Shown here piece by piece: positions 22,901 to 31,128 of a stretch of DNA of 64,000 nt. A model generated the notes under the pieces. That model saw only the letters and a list, made by a program, of their open reading frames with translations, did no database searches and was not told the DNA's origin. The stretch is from a virus: the IMG/VR virus record IMGVR_UViG_3300027747_002638; one strand, 5' to 3'. Each line of letters starts with the position of its first letter. Position 1 is the first letter of the stretch. The position numbers and the translations under genes are program-made.

Positions 22901-23227
22901 AGTTTTATATGGATATAAAATATTTCCATTTTCAATATATGAATCTGTTCTAGTGGCATCAACATAGAAATATGAATTGGTTTGAACATATGGAATATCT
23001 CCACTTAATAAAACTCCAGTTCCATTTACTGTTGGTCGAGATGCAAAAGTTTTAACTCCACTAATAGTTTGATTGCCAGTATTATAAACCAAATTAGAAG
23101 CAACTACTGGAAAGTTACTATCTATATTAAGATTTCTTACAAATATACCAGAAACATCATCTTTAAGATAAAATCTTTGACCAGATGATATTCCTGTATT
23201 TGAGAAATGAAATATTTGATTGCTCAT
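16976..23227 (-). CDS. Giant tail/fibre protein with beta-helix, shaft repeats, Asp-box (BNR) propeller and C-terminal chaperone-like domain
   Basis: 2083 aa; six Y-x-S-x-D-(Y/H)-G-N-T-W/F Asp-boxes; repeated TGNQTISG.KTF and NLASTGSTL modules; C-terminal KSFLIDHP…L.YGSLESP. Confidence 0.8.
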   Translation of the reverse strand: MSNQIFHFSNTGISSGQRFYLKDDVSGIFVRNLNIDSNFPVVASNLVYNTGNQTISGVKTFASRPTVNGTGVLLSGDIPYVQTNSYFYVDATRTDSYIENGNILYPYKTLSGAYNAAKNIAYFHNPTYITLLSPIAENLTIDKGYINLVGNNTNKNDPIRITGSLVFAATGGTATDNNFSIAGLGITATSNNKCILFSGNHPQRLFIQDCWLIAKDNGTCLYSNNTNTTSRLQGDILKLSPEGVNTTAIDIVSGTSSISFAETSSSASVLAYVRNNSTLNISNSQIETTGAKAFQVENAARLTLLNSVLTNTANPSTGIFLKDPSSTAVVVGSAISVPANANSYAINGVDYSYLFYKNLYFSIDATGGSTESKIGNNVNKNLINSYDPVVYSIGDQTISGIKTFAVAPILSGNPLITGVDLSSYLTSSTASSTYATIINLASTGSTLDNKINNLSGVSVLTFGNQNISGIKTFNNGLSTSYISGIFGSTLNIIAGSGVGGSNINASDLILMGGSLSGVAPNILKTGASITIGGAKTTISSPSTADITIRPSIDQNGTAGNIVLEAGVSTTYNGKINMFGDININGTSDAGTALSSKNINIYRRGDFFGSPSQRLAVSIDNNNVNFQNGMGLQVSGVQVTPALYATSANLASTGSTLATNLASTGSTLSTNLNTTGSTLSNKIDSLSGSSVLLYGNQSIGGVKTFRDNVYINNLYVTGTETIVNTSQVNLASNYLLLNITGGAVDGGIFFVTGSGLTGVNDTGPIIGFDHSNKFKFGISTRNSDLSPLPDIASVQQLVAYSGVADAKFGTITNLASTGSTLNTKIDNLSGYINSTSSNIVFTTGNQTIAGNKNFTDNINLTGINNRIGKNHYLSTDESFVFLKDGGGNDILSTEEYTLTDGSQVQSVLWNNRQLLDANSQSMLYWYDTNVGIGTTSPSEKLHVNGDLKLDGSKIYMYDSANGANNALQWGDNELYFNNNYDGDFRNVGFWFNAGPLGENTLNSVQSQDPIGTRLYIPSGKTDYIALNSEVVHKTGNETISGTKNFINDTTFGDSAQGDFLVISGNNFTVYGSGNFTSGLFVNRNPVLTGSSTLYATTVNLASTGSTLDTKINNLSGYINSPNSNIVFTTGNQTISGLKTFNTGLSTKYISGVSGSSLDIIGFSGEVVSQLNRAINIQAGHGGTTIPVGGGAININAGNSAFFSANTSNINLTAGTGTNNSAGGINIYAGASPNYAGTNTVFGNIDINNSYSINKTINIYRSGNIGAFPYAFVGVVIDNNKVDVNNGMVLQVSGVNVTPSLYVNTTSNQTINGLKTFTSGIDIYSGTSPQSLRIFNSTGTNSGEFALIGWQPNLGIVSTGSNALLIGAQTSNSGVLRDVIITGENIALSPRSGRLYINGTSSLNDHLLQTSQCSGNITGYITGLGFTGNYTGNYEGGYFLGRTKLSQNTVQLVESSFGNNYVRKSTTAPNQIFRSAAVSSDGRYQITAVGDYGPSNGYVYVSNDHGNTWTPRITDATRLWRGVAISADGKYQTACHHNGYIYISNDYGNTWTAKDSVRYWTAVAMSSDGKYQTATGGAYGTQSLQIYISSDYGNTWIPKGTTTIYTSVAMSSDGKYQYATENFGGNGNIYKSSDYGNTWVTIQSGSYNSYTSIATSADGKYVIYCRNSSATNVYISNDYGNTFIAKSTAATYFSVAISDNGKYMVAGIGGYFVSTGGIYFSSDYGNTWKLITPSSGVWTVAMSSNAKYVIGVSSNTSTPIHIFKTDELIDGNLTINNNLTLPSGDFYSYNATGVNSGEFGLIGWRNNQFVIGSQRTTSGILRDVTLTGNNININPSGAVIISNPNPPNNSSFILKEQNGNNSVFFNPTQNGGAGALFSNYLYSSNVGSRDNDDFTITYGGGGTKSFILQGYNGSSYNKNLILDSNGNFGIGSGISSAPSRFYVSGNSILQGNVTVSGNTTITGHLSAASKSFLIDHPTQVGKKLQYGSLESPYHGIRLTDKNKIRAEVVKVYLPEYISSLVNEDKVNIQLTNINHDKALFVKEVDVNENNFTVGMNRGWFDKNEYEFYWSFTAERKDIPKLTVEF

Positions 23228-23228
23228 C

Positions 23229-23492
23229 TTAATATCTTATTTGTTTATGTTCTCCGCTTTTGTCTCTATAGTTTAAAATGCCATTAAGAGAAGTTAAATT
23301 ATAAACATCAAAGCTAATTAAAGTTTCATAATCTTTTAGGTTTGCTGTTATACTATTATAATGGTTTTCTAAAGTAGTTGATTCTTCAGCAGAGGGCTCA
23401 ATTTCTTCTCTTTTGGGTTTATTATCTTCGCCTTTAATAACAGTAATTTTCTTAAAGGGTTGATTTTTTTGTGTTTTTGTATATGTTATCAT
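23229..23492 (-). CDS. Hypothetical protein
   Basis: 87-aa ORF. Confidence 0.55.
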   Translation of the reverse strand: MITYTKTQKNQPFKKITVIKGEDNKPKREEIEPSAEESTTLENHYNSITANLKDYETLISFDVYNLTSLNGILNYRDKSGEHKQIRY

Positions 23493-23510
23493 ATGTTTTT
23501 CCTTTGTATA

Positions 23511-24887
23511 TTATAATCCAAATGATCCAATTCCTCCATTACAATTTGTAAAAGTCCCACTTGGTCTTCCGCGGACGATGATGCCTAAATAGTTAGGCAA
23601 ACCATCACCACCAAATGAACGACTTCCTGCAGTACAATCTTTAAAAGTTCCACTTGCAGTTCCACCACCCCCGCCAAATGAAGCTAATCCACCAGTGCAA
23701 TTTATAAAAGTCCCACTTGCAAGGCCAGGCCCATCGCCTTTTCCACCAAATGAATAGTCTCCACCAGTACAATCTTTAAAAGTTCCAGTTGCGGTTCCAT
23801 TATAACCACCAAATGAAGATGCTCCACCAGAGCAATTTGTGAAAGTTCCACTTGCACTTCCAGCATTTCCGCCAAATGAAACAATTCCACCAGTGCAATC
23901 TTTAAAAATTCCAGTTGTGGTTGAGTTAAGGCCAAATGAACCAAATCCACTAGAGCAATTTGTGAAAGTTCCACTTATCGTTCCATAAAAGACAAATGAA
24001 TAGTTTCCACCAATGCAATCTTTAAAAATTCCACTAGCAATTCCAATGTAACCACCAAATGAAAAATCTCCTGCAGTGCAATTTATAAAAGTTCCACTAT
24101 ATTCTATTCCTGATCTCATACTAAAAACCCAAATAAGATCGAAATCAGAATTAGAACTAAATAATACATTTTCTATATATGTTAAATTTAAATTAGAATC
24201 AGGAAAATAAGCTGATGGATTATCAATATTCGGTTCCTGCGCTGGATATGTTGTATTACTATTTTCTATTGTTAGATTATATAATTTAACATCATTTGCT
24301 GTTTGTTGCACTGTTCCTCTGTTTGCTTCACCAACATCACTTGTTATATAATGTTTGCTTCTATCTGAAGTGGAACCAATTATATCAATATATTCAGTAT
24401 CAAGAATTAAACTTTGTGTTCCAAGATCATATCTTGCTGGTGGTAAAATAACAGCTAATCTATTAGAAGTTGATAAAGCGGCGCCGTTAGGAGTTACAGT
24501 TTTTGCAAGATCATAAGCTGCTAAAAGATTATTACCATTAACTATAGCATTATCTGTTACTTTAACAGTAACATAATTGGCGCTATTTAACTTTGCAGCT
24601 TCACCACTTAAAAGAACGCCAGTACCATTTACAGTTGGTCGATTTGTTAAACCAACTTCACCGTTTATAATACTTATATCTACTCCAGAAATAGTTAGAG
24701 TATCAATATTATTTAAATCAAGAGCATTAAAAATTCCACTTCCAGAAACATTAATATTATCAACAAAAAATTTATTACCAGATATAATTTGGTCGCCAGT
24801 ATTATAAACTAAATTAGGCGCAGTAGCCTCATAAGAAAATCTTCCAGTACTGCTTACTAATGTTTTAGCTTTAAAAATCTGTGCCAT
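23511..24887 (-). CDS. Fibre protein with Cys-ladder 20-aa repeat solenoid
   Basis: About 9 repeats of ASGTF(T/K)(N/D)C(T/S)GG..SFGG; N-terminus shares RPTVNGTGVLLSG with the 2083-aa fibre. Confidence 0.7.
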   Translation of the reverse strand: MAQIFKAKTLVSSTGRFSYEATAPNLVYNTGDQIISGNKFFVDNINVSGSGIFNALDLNNIDTLTISGVDISIINGEVGLTNRPTVNGTGVLLSGEAAKLNSANYVTVKVTDNAIVNGNNLLAAYDLAKTVTPNGAALSTSNRLAVILPPARYDLGTQSLILDTEYIDIIGSTSDRSKHYITSDVGEANRGTVQQTANDVKLYNLTIENSNTTYPAQEPNIDNPSAYFPDSNLNLTYIENVLFSSNSDFDLIWVFSMRSGIEYSGTFINCTAGDFSFGGYIGIASGIFKDCIGGNYSFVFYGTISGTFTNCSSGFGSFGLNSTTTGIFKDCTGGIVSFGGNAGSASGTFTNCSGGASSFGGYNGTATGTFKDCTGGDYSFGGKGDGPGLASGTFINCTGGLASFGGGGGTASGTFKDCTAGSRSFGGDGLPNYLGIIVRGRPSGTFTNCNGGIGSFGL

Positions 24888-24986
24888 TTTCTTTTTATTC
24901 CTTTTGTTGGTTTTTAGGCCAATCTGTCGCTTTTTAAGGCGAACTAAAGAGTAAAAGAATTATTAATTCTATTATTCTAGTGAATA
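24888..24986 (-). promoter_or_regulatory. Structured 99-nt 5' leader with twin hairpins
   Basis: GTGTAA at 24987-92; hairpins TCGC-CTTAAAAA-GCGA and TTGG-CCTAAAAA-CCAA 20 nt apart; an outer stem can cover AAGGA. Confidence 0.45.
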
Positions 24987-25000
24987 TTACACTAGATAAC

Positions 25001-25813
25001 TTATTGTGTAGAAGCAAAAGTATGGATTTTTACATTACTTTCTAAAACATTGTCAGAAAGTAACCCTGTATATCCAGTGAAACCAACTGATCGTACAGAT
25101 AAATTATACATTACATCCCCAGAAACTTCAAGAGTTGCTTGTACTTTTGGTGGTGTTACACCGCCAAATGGTACTGGATAATTAATTGAATATGCATCTG
25201 CTCCAGGAGTTAAATTTGTTGTAAATACTTGATTACTTGTTTTTGCGACGAATGTTGCATTTGCGTAACCACTTAAAGTATTAATATTTGTTTGTAAAGT
25301 ACTTCCAGTAGAAGCTAGGTTAGTTGCTAGCGTACTTCCAGTACTAGCTAGATTTGTGGCTAATGTGCTACCAGTTGAAGCAAGATTGGTAGCTAGTGTG
25401 CTACCAGTAGAAGCTAGGTTCGTTGCTAATGTACTACCAGTTGAAGCAAGGTTTTGACTTAAAGTAGTTCCTGTTAAATTAAGGTTTGTAGTTAAAGTAT
25501 TAATTAAACCTTGAAAATATCCACTATTTCCTACTATTGTAATTTCGTTAGTTCCAGTATTTACTTGGATAGTAATTCCATCTGAACCAGTTATATTAAC
25601 ATTTCCTGATAAACCATTTATACTATTTACGTCTGCTGCTGCTGTATTAATTAAAGTTTGTAAATAACCGCTAATTCCAGTAAGTTCGCTGTAGTAAGCT
25701 AAACCACTATTTCCGAAGCCAAGTCTTAGTGAAGAACTGCCGTCCCAAACTGCACTTTGAACTGGAGTTAAATTATTTCCACTTAGTCTGATATGTTTAA
25801 ATGCGCTTATCAT
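25001..25813 (-). CDS. Fibre protein with 11-aa TNLASTGSTLA coiled-coil repeats
   Basis: Five tandem 33-bp/11-aa repeats at about 25295-25460. Confidence 0.7.
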   Translation of the reverse strand: MISAFKHIRLSGNNLTPVQSAVWDGSSSLRLGFGNSGLAYYSELTGISGYLQTLINTAAADVNSINGLSGNVNITGSDGITIQVNTGTNEITIVGNSGYFQGLINTLTTNLNLTGTTLSQNLASTGSTLATNLASTGSTLATNLASTGSTLATNLASTGSTLATNLASTGSTLQTNINTLSGYANATFVAKTSNQVFTTNLTPGADAYSINYPVPFGGVTPPKVQATLEVSGDVMYNLSVRSVGFTGYTGLLSDNVLESNVKIHTFASTQ

Positions 25814-25850
25814 AAATTAATATTTCCTTTCATACTATTACACAGATATT

Positions 25851-26402
25851 TTATTTTTTAACTTGAATATTTAAGTAATAACCATTATTTAATAGATTAT
25901 CACTAAAGTTTATATAAAAACCAGTAGAATTTATATTGCCCATGTTAAAATAGTAGGCCATATCATCTACTGTATTCTGAAAAGTACAAACTACGGATTT
26001 TGGAGTAGAAGGTAATACTTGAGGAAATTGAACATAATAACTATCAGATCCTTGAGGTGTTAAATTAGCTCTATATCCAATTACATTTTCTGCTTCAAAA
26101 TAACCACTTAATGGTGATGCATCAATTTTTATTGATTTATAAGGATTTAAATTTGGATTAGTTAATATTGAAATTCCTGTACCAGCAATAAATTGTAAAG
26201 TTTCTATACCAGTTGGAATTAAAGTTGGTTGTCCAGTTACGTTTATTATTTTAAAAAGATCAGCCGCGCCAGATGGTCCTGGAGGGCCTTGTGGACCATC
26301 GGCACCAGGAATAAACACATTAGCATTTTCAGGAAAACTTGGAGAAGTTACATCCGTTGTGATTGCGTTTGGCAAAATTACGTCTACGATTACATCTGCC
26401 AT
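25851..26402 (-). CDS. Short collagen-like fibre/connector protein
   Basis: GADGPQGPPGPSG; C-terminal domain resembles that of 25001..25813. Confidence 0.6.
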   Translation of the reverse strand: MADVIVDVILPNAITTDVTSPSFPENANVFIPGADGPQGPPGPSGAADLFKIINVTGQPTLIPTGIETLQFIAGTGISILTNPNLNPYKSIKIDASPLSGYFEAENVIGYRANLTPQGSDSYYVQFPQVLPSTPKSVVCTFQNTVDDMAYYFNMGNINSTGFYINFSDNLLNNGYYLNIQVKK

Positions 26403-26406
26403 AAAA

Positions 26407-26805
26407 TTAAAAAGATGTTACTTCTGGACTTACAATAAACTTGCCTCGAATTAATTTTATAGAATTACCAGTTGGTACTCCATAAGGAAATCTTTCTATA
26501 TCGTAAACAAATGTTCCAACTGGAACACTTGCCATAGTATATGAAGATACATCTACATTAATTAATCCAGAAGCATAAAGATTGCCACTAACTCCACTAT
26601 TAATTACTGGATTTAAATTCAATATATATCCAGATATATAATTCCCAGATGCATCTAATGCTGGTGATGCAAAATAAGCATATTTGACTACGCCTCTAAC
26701 ATCATATCCACTTAAATTTATTGGGGTATAATTTGGATCTTTTACAGCAAGAGTTAATTGTAAGTGATCACCTTGAATTGTATTTATATTATACGAAGTA
26801 GCCAT
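26407..26805 (-). CDS. BppU-like/Ig-like virion protein
   Basis: YNI…QGD…PINLSGY…YDIE…G.F.VSPEVT pattern; ATG at 26805 is 9 nt after GTGTAA. Confidence 0.55.
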   Translation of the reverse strand: MATSYNINTIQGDHLQLTLAVKDPNYTPINLSGYDVRGVVKYAYFASPALDASGNYISGYILNLNPVINSGVSGNLYASGLINVDVSSYTMASVPVGTFVYDIERFPYGVPTGNSIKLIRGKFIVSPEVTSF

Positions 26806-26842
26806 ATAATACAATTACACTTCAATTATAATTTATTATTAA

Positions 26843-27190
26843 TTATCTACCTTCAGACAGAATATCTTTTGTTTTTTTATCTATTTTAGCTTCAGATTTC
26901 TCTGTTTTTGGTATTCTGTATGTTGATACGTATTTCTTAAATTCTGATATTAATCTTTTTGTAAGCATTTCTCGATCATCAATTGGCACTAGATCTAACT
27001 TTGCTGCATGAGCTTGTAAATCAGTTTTATTTAATTCATATAAATAGCTAACGTACTCTTTCTCGTCTAAAGTCTTGTATCGAGCTAAACCGTTATCGCC
27101 CCATACTTGATCTAATGTTTTGTACTCAAAACCCTCTAATTTTCCATGGGTTTGAGATAAGTTTTGTAGTTTAGTTTTGCCTTTTTTCAT
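26843..27190 (-). CDS. Hypothetical protein
   Basis: 115-aa ORF with AAGGA SD. Confidence 0.6.
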   Translation of the reverse strand: MKKGKTKLQNLSQTHGKLEGFEYKTLDQVWGDNGLARYKTLDEKEYVSYLYELNKTDLQAHAAKLDLVPIDDREMLTKRLISEFKKYVSTYRIPKTEKSEAKIDKKTKDILSEGR

Positions 27191-27252
27191 ATTTATTCCT
27201 TACTATATTATACTGTATTAATAGGAAATTTCTAATTTAATATAAAATATAA

Positions 27253-27924
27253 TTATGGAAGGGAAACTTTGCCACCCTCCCCAAGTTTCTCAGTATATGG
27301 TTGTCGTAAATCTAAATCACCGAATTTCAAATGTCCATCTTGTATTAATTCTCCCTCAGCATCTGGCGCAAGAATTATTACTTGTTGTAGATTTACGATT
27401 TGATACTCAGCTTGTGGAAAAAAATTATATTGCATCCATTCTGTGAAAAGATTAAATTTTTGCTCAAAAATTTTGCCTTGAGCATTAAAAGCGCTTGGGA
27501 GTTTAGGAACTTCAAAAAGAAATGTTTTTAAATTAACAGACCACTCAACGGTATATGGTATTTGATTTAAAACTGCTACAACTGGATCATCTGTAAGTTG
27601 ATAATAAAAAGCTGGGTAATTTATTCTCTCAAGATGAACAGTTACTGATATTGTAGCGTTATCAGGAGTATTAGAATTAAAAGTGCCAGCAAAACAAGTA
27701 AATCCTCCACCTTGAGGAACATCTCCTTGTATTAAAGGAATACTAGACCAACTTTGGATATAAATTCGTCTAACTGGTTTAACTGGACCGCTCGGATGAT
27801 CTATATTCCACTGTTGATTTATTTTTGCAAGAAAAGCATATGCTTCGTATTCTCCTATGCTTTGGCCGTAATTTTCAGAAAGACCCCACTCAGCCAAATC
27901 CTGCATTTTTCCTTTTTCTGCCAT
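27253..27924 (-). CDS. Hypothetical protein, tandem paralogue B
   Basis: Highly similar to 27970..28638. Confidence 0.7.
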   Translation of the reverse strand: MAEKGKMQDLAEWGLSENYGQSIGEYEAYAFLAKINQQWNIDHPSGPVKPVRRIYIQSWSSIPLIQGDVPQGGGFTCFAGTFNSNTPDNATISVTVHLERINYPAFYYQLTDDPVVAVLNQIPYTVEWSVNLKTFLFEVPKLPSAFNAQGKIFEQKFNLFTEWMQYNFFPQAEYQIVNLQQVIILAPDAEGELIQDGHLKFGDLDLRQPYTEKLGEGGKVSLP

Positions 27925-27969
27925 ATAATCTCCTATTTTTTGCTATCAAACTAAGCAAATATTTTTAAA

Positions 27970-28638
27970 TTATGGCAATGAGGTTTTGCCGCCATCACCA
28001 AATTGCTCAGTAAACGGTTGTTCTAGGTGTATATCTCCAAAATTAAGAGTTCCATCTTCAATTAATTCTCCCTCAGCATTTGGTGCATTAATTATTACTT
28101 GTTGTATAAAAATAATTTGATTTTGGGATTGTGGAAGAAAAGTGTTTACCATCCATTGTGTAAAAAGATTAAATTTTTGCTCAAAAATTTTACCTTGAGC
28201 ATTAAAAGCACTTGGAAGTTTGGGTGCTTCTAAAAGAAATGTTCTTAAATTAACTGACCATTCTAAAGTATATGGTATTTGATTTAGAGTTGCTACAACT
28301 GGATTGTCTGTGAATTGATAGTAAAAGGCTGGATAATTTATTCTATCAATATGAAGAGTTACTGATATTGTGGCGTTACCAACGGTATTAGAATTAAAAG
28401 TCCCTGCCATGCACATATATCCTCCTCCAGCAGGAACTTCACCTTGGGTTACAGGTATGCTTGTGAAAGCGCTGATTGAAATTTGTCTAACTGGTCTACG
28501 AGGACCACTTGGATGACTTATGTTCCAAAGTCTATCTTGCTCCATCAAAATGGCTTCTGCTGCTGCTTTACCTCTCGCTCCTGGCCACGTTTTATCTCTA
28601 ACCTCATAAGTTCTAAAATCTACCCATCCGTCTGACAT
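27970..28638 (-). CDS. Hypothetical protein, tandem paralogue A
   Basis: Highly similar to 27253..27924. Confidence 0.7.
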   Translation of the reverse strand: MSDGWVDFRTYEVRDKTWPGARGKAAAEAILMEQDRLWNISHPSGPRRPVRQISISAFTSIPVTQGEVPAGGGYMCMAGTFNSNTVGNATISVTLHIDRINYPAFYYQFTDNPVVATLNQIPYTLEWSVNLRTFLLEAPKLPSAFNAQGKIFEQKFNLFTQWMVNTFLPQSQNQIIFIQQVIINAPNAEGELIEDGTLNFGDIHLEQPFTEQFGDGGKTSLP

Positions 28639-28654
28639 ATAATTCCCTATCTCC

Positions 28655-29314
28655 TTAGCACCAAACTAAGCAAGGGTTAAAAACTGGCCCAAGTGTTTGG
28701 GCGCTAAACTCTGTTGGTTTACTTGGCATTTGCCAGAGTAAATTTCCATTTATTTCAAATTTTCCATATCCACATGGATATCCATCTGCACCATAAGAAT
28801 CACTAGTTCCTTGTTGACATCCTTCAAAACTTCCTTCTGTGTAATATGTTACTGTTGCAGTTTTAGTCCAAACTGGTTTATTATACTTCTTGCCTTTTGG
28901 TAAATAAGCTCCTTTTTCTTTTAATCCAATAGCTGCTTCAATTAAATCTTGCCAATCACTATCTGAGCACTGAGATATTACTTTAGCCAATCCGTTATCT
29001 GTGCTAGCTCCATTCAACCATCCTTCTCCATGCTCTTGAATATATTCTTTAGCTTTACTTATAACTGCTCCAGGAATGGGTTGAGTTAGGGATATGGATG
29101 GACTTACATTTACGCTTTGTACTTTACAAGTTAATCCATTTATTTTTGCTTCAACTTTATAAGTAACATCTCCAACTATTATACTAGGAGATGAAGGAGG
29201 AGATCCTTTGATGTTTTCTACTTTTTCTTCTATTGATTGCTGATTTAAATCATCGTATGTTTGAAAATTATCGCAAGAATTAGGAGAACATACATAGTTT
29301 GAACACTTTGCCAT
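28655..29314 (-). CDS. Hypothetical Cys-containing protein
   Basis: 219-aa ORF; GTGTAA 9 nt upstream. Confidence 0.6.
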   Translation of the reverse strand: MAKCSNYVCSPNSCDNFQTYDDLNQQSIEEKVENIKGSPPSSPSIIVGDVTYKVEAKINGLTCKVQSVNVSPSISLTQPIPGAVISKAKEYIQEHGEGWLNGASTDNGLAKVISQCSDSDWQDLIEAAIGLKEKGAYLPKGKKYNKPVWTKTATVTYYTEGSFEGCQQGTSDSYGADGYPCGYGKFEINGNLLWQMPSKPTEFSAQTLGPVFNPCLVWC

Positions 29315-29370
29315 ATAATTATATTACACTTTTTTTAAAAAGAAATCTAAAATACTTTAAAGTCGTATAT

Positions 29371-29408
29371 AAAAAAAAGAATCTGGTAGGGATAAACCTA
29401 CCAGATTC
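29371..29408 (-). terminator. Rho-independent terminator after the major capsid gene
   Basis: Perfect 12-bp stem GAATCTGGTAGG/CCTACCAGATTC with a 6-nt loop, then a T-run on the minus strand. Confidence 0.9.
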
Positions 29409-29432
29409 CTTTATGCTAAACTTTTTTAAGAT

Positions 29433-30509
29433 TTAGACAAGAATTCCTGCAACTGCACGGCCGTCGATACAAACGCGACCCTCTTCGAGGAAACCGTAGA
29501 AACCAGTTTTCTCGTTGCGAGTTACGAATTGATCGTCAGGAAGAACTGTGAATGTTCCACCGCTTTCGGCTTGACGAGCAACAGGGCGGATGAATGATTC
29601 TTTTGTTAGATCAACTCCGACTAGAATTTGTTTGGCTGTATTAGCTACTCCGCCATTAGCTGTAACTAGAGAAGCAAATAGAGTGTTGTATTTTTGTCCA
29701 ACACCTAGTTCAACTAGTTGATGTAATGTTACGCCAAAGATTTCACCAGCACCAGCGTTACGGAAGATTTCTTCACGAACAGTGTTTGGTGCGGTTTCAT
29801 ATGCTTTTGTTCCAGCATTATTTGTTCCAATTGGATTAAATGCTAGTTCTCTAACTTGTCCCATGATCTCTGGACTTAAGAATAAATCTGTTAGTCCGTA
29901 GGTATCAGTGGTTGTGCCACCAGCATAAGAAGTATTAATTCTTTTTACTAATGTCATTAGATTGCTTAAATCAACCAATTGTAAAGTTCCAGCGGTACTC
30001 GAATTTACGATTTGAGCTGCGCCATTGGAACGAGCTTCAGCAAGAGCTTTTAGAACTACTGCCCAAGCATTGCGCTCTTGTTTAACAAGAACTTCATTGC
30101 TCATGCGCTCTACAGCTTTACTAACTACATCAAGACGGCCACGGCGAGCATAGCGTTTTAGGAAACTTACAGCGCTATCTAAACGATAGGTTGAAATTTT
30201 CATTTCGCTAAATCCTTCTACTGTGGAAGAAGGAAGTCCACCTGCGACGGTTTGACTCCAGGTAGTTACATAATCTTGACTTTGATTATAGTAAAGGTCT
30301 AGAGGTAGACTAGGATTATCATCTTCGTCATATGGTGCATCACTATAGATTGCACTGGCTGTTCCAGCTTGTAGCAAAACTTTGCTAACGACTGGGCCAA
30401 TGAAAGCTGCAAAAGCTTCAGTAGCTTCGCGAGCTACTGCAACATCTCTGCTGCCCATGGCTTTAACAAGTTCTACTTGTTCTGGTGTATTTTTTAATTT
30501 GATCTTCAT
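29433..30509 (-). CDS. Major capsid protein (HK97-fold, inferred)
   Basis: 358 aa; strong AAGGAG SD; biased codons; follows protease and decoration genes; own terminator. Confidence 0.8.
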   Translation of the reverse strand: MKIKLKNTPEQVELVKAMGSRDVAVAREATEAFAAFIGPVVSKVLLQAGTASAIYSDAPYDEDDNPSLPLDLYYNQSQDYVTTWSQTVAGGLPSSTVEGFSEMKISTYRLDSAVSFLKRYARRGRLDVVSKAVERMSNEVLVKQERNAWAVVLKALAEARSNGAAQIVNSSTAGTLQLVDLSNLMTLVKRINTSYAGGTTTDTYGLTDLFLSPEIMGQVRELAFNPIGTNNAGTKAYETAPNTVREEIFRNAGAGEIFGVTLHQLVELGVGQKYNTLFASLVTANGGVANTAKQILVGVDLTKESFIRPVARQAESGGTFTVLPDDQFVTRNEKTGFYGFLEEGRVCIDGRAVAGILV

Positions 30510-30530
30510 TTTAAATTTTCTCCTTTAAAA

Positions 30531-31112
30531 TTAGAAGTTAACGCGAATAATGGCTTGACCATTATAAGGTCTGCTTAGTAGAGTACCTACTCTACCAGCG
30601 CCGTTATCGGTGGTAGAAAGTTCACCAGCAACTGTGCCTAGGTAAACTCCTGCTCCTGGATTTACAGGGGAGATTTGGGTTCCACTGTAACTGATAACTC
30701 CGCGAGTTAGAACTGGTACTGATTGTCCACTAACAACAACGTTCATCTCTGCAGCCTTACGAGGATGGAAAACAAGTTTTTCGCCGTTTTCATCAAGTTC
30801 GCGTACATCGAGTAGAGTGATACCAATAGCATTTTCGCCAGAAACGGCGGCTGATACTTTGGATGTTACTCCCCAACGAGTTGAAACTGTATTTGCATAT
30901 GTGGCTCCAAGACCATCAACTAGATCAACTGGGTTTGTTCCGTTGAGTCCAGAATTTGGTACGGCAACTGGCATAAAGCCACTGCCTACGATTTTAACTA
31001 CTGTTCCTCTACTGGCGATAAGACCATTTGCGTCTTGATCTCCACTATAGGAAAATAGGTTGATTACATCATGTTCGCTGTAATCTCTAAATGGTTTTAA
31101 TGTATGTGCCAT
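30531..31112 (-). CDS. Capsid decoration/cement protein
   Basis: Between protease and MCP; V.VLTRG…G..VY…G.L..T…VG pattern. Confidence 0.65.
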   Translation of the reverse strand: MAHTLKPFRDYSEHDVINLFSYSGDQDANGLIASRGTVVKIVGSGFMPVAVPNSGLNGTNPVDLVDGLGATYANTVSTRWGVTSKVSAAVSGENAIGITLLDVRELDENGEKLVFHPRKAAEMNVVVSGQSVPVLTRGVISYSGTQISPVNPGAGVYLGTVAGELSTTDNGAGRVGTLLSRPYNGQAIIRVNF

Positions 31113-31128
31113 TTTATTATCTCCTTAT

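Noticed and set aside
27253-28638. DGR template/variable repeat pair
   Set aside because: Both copies are intact genes, differences are mostly synonymous and not adenine-specific, and no reverse transcriptase is in the window.
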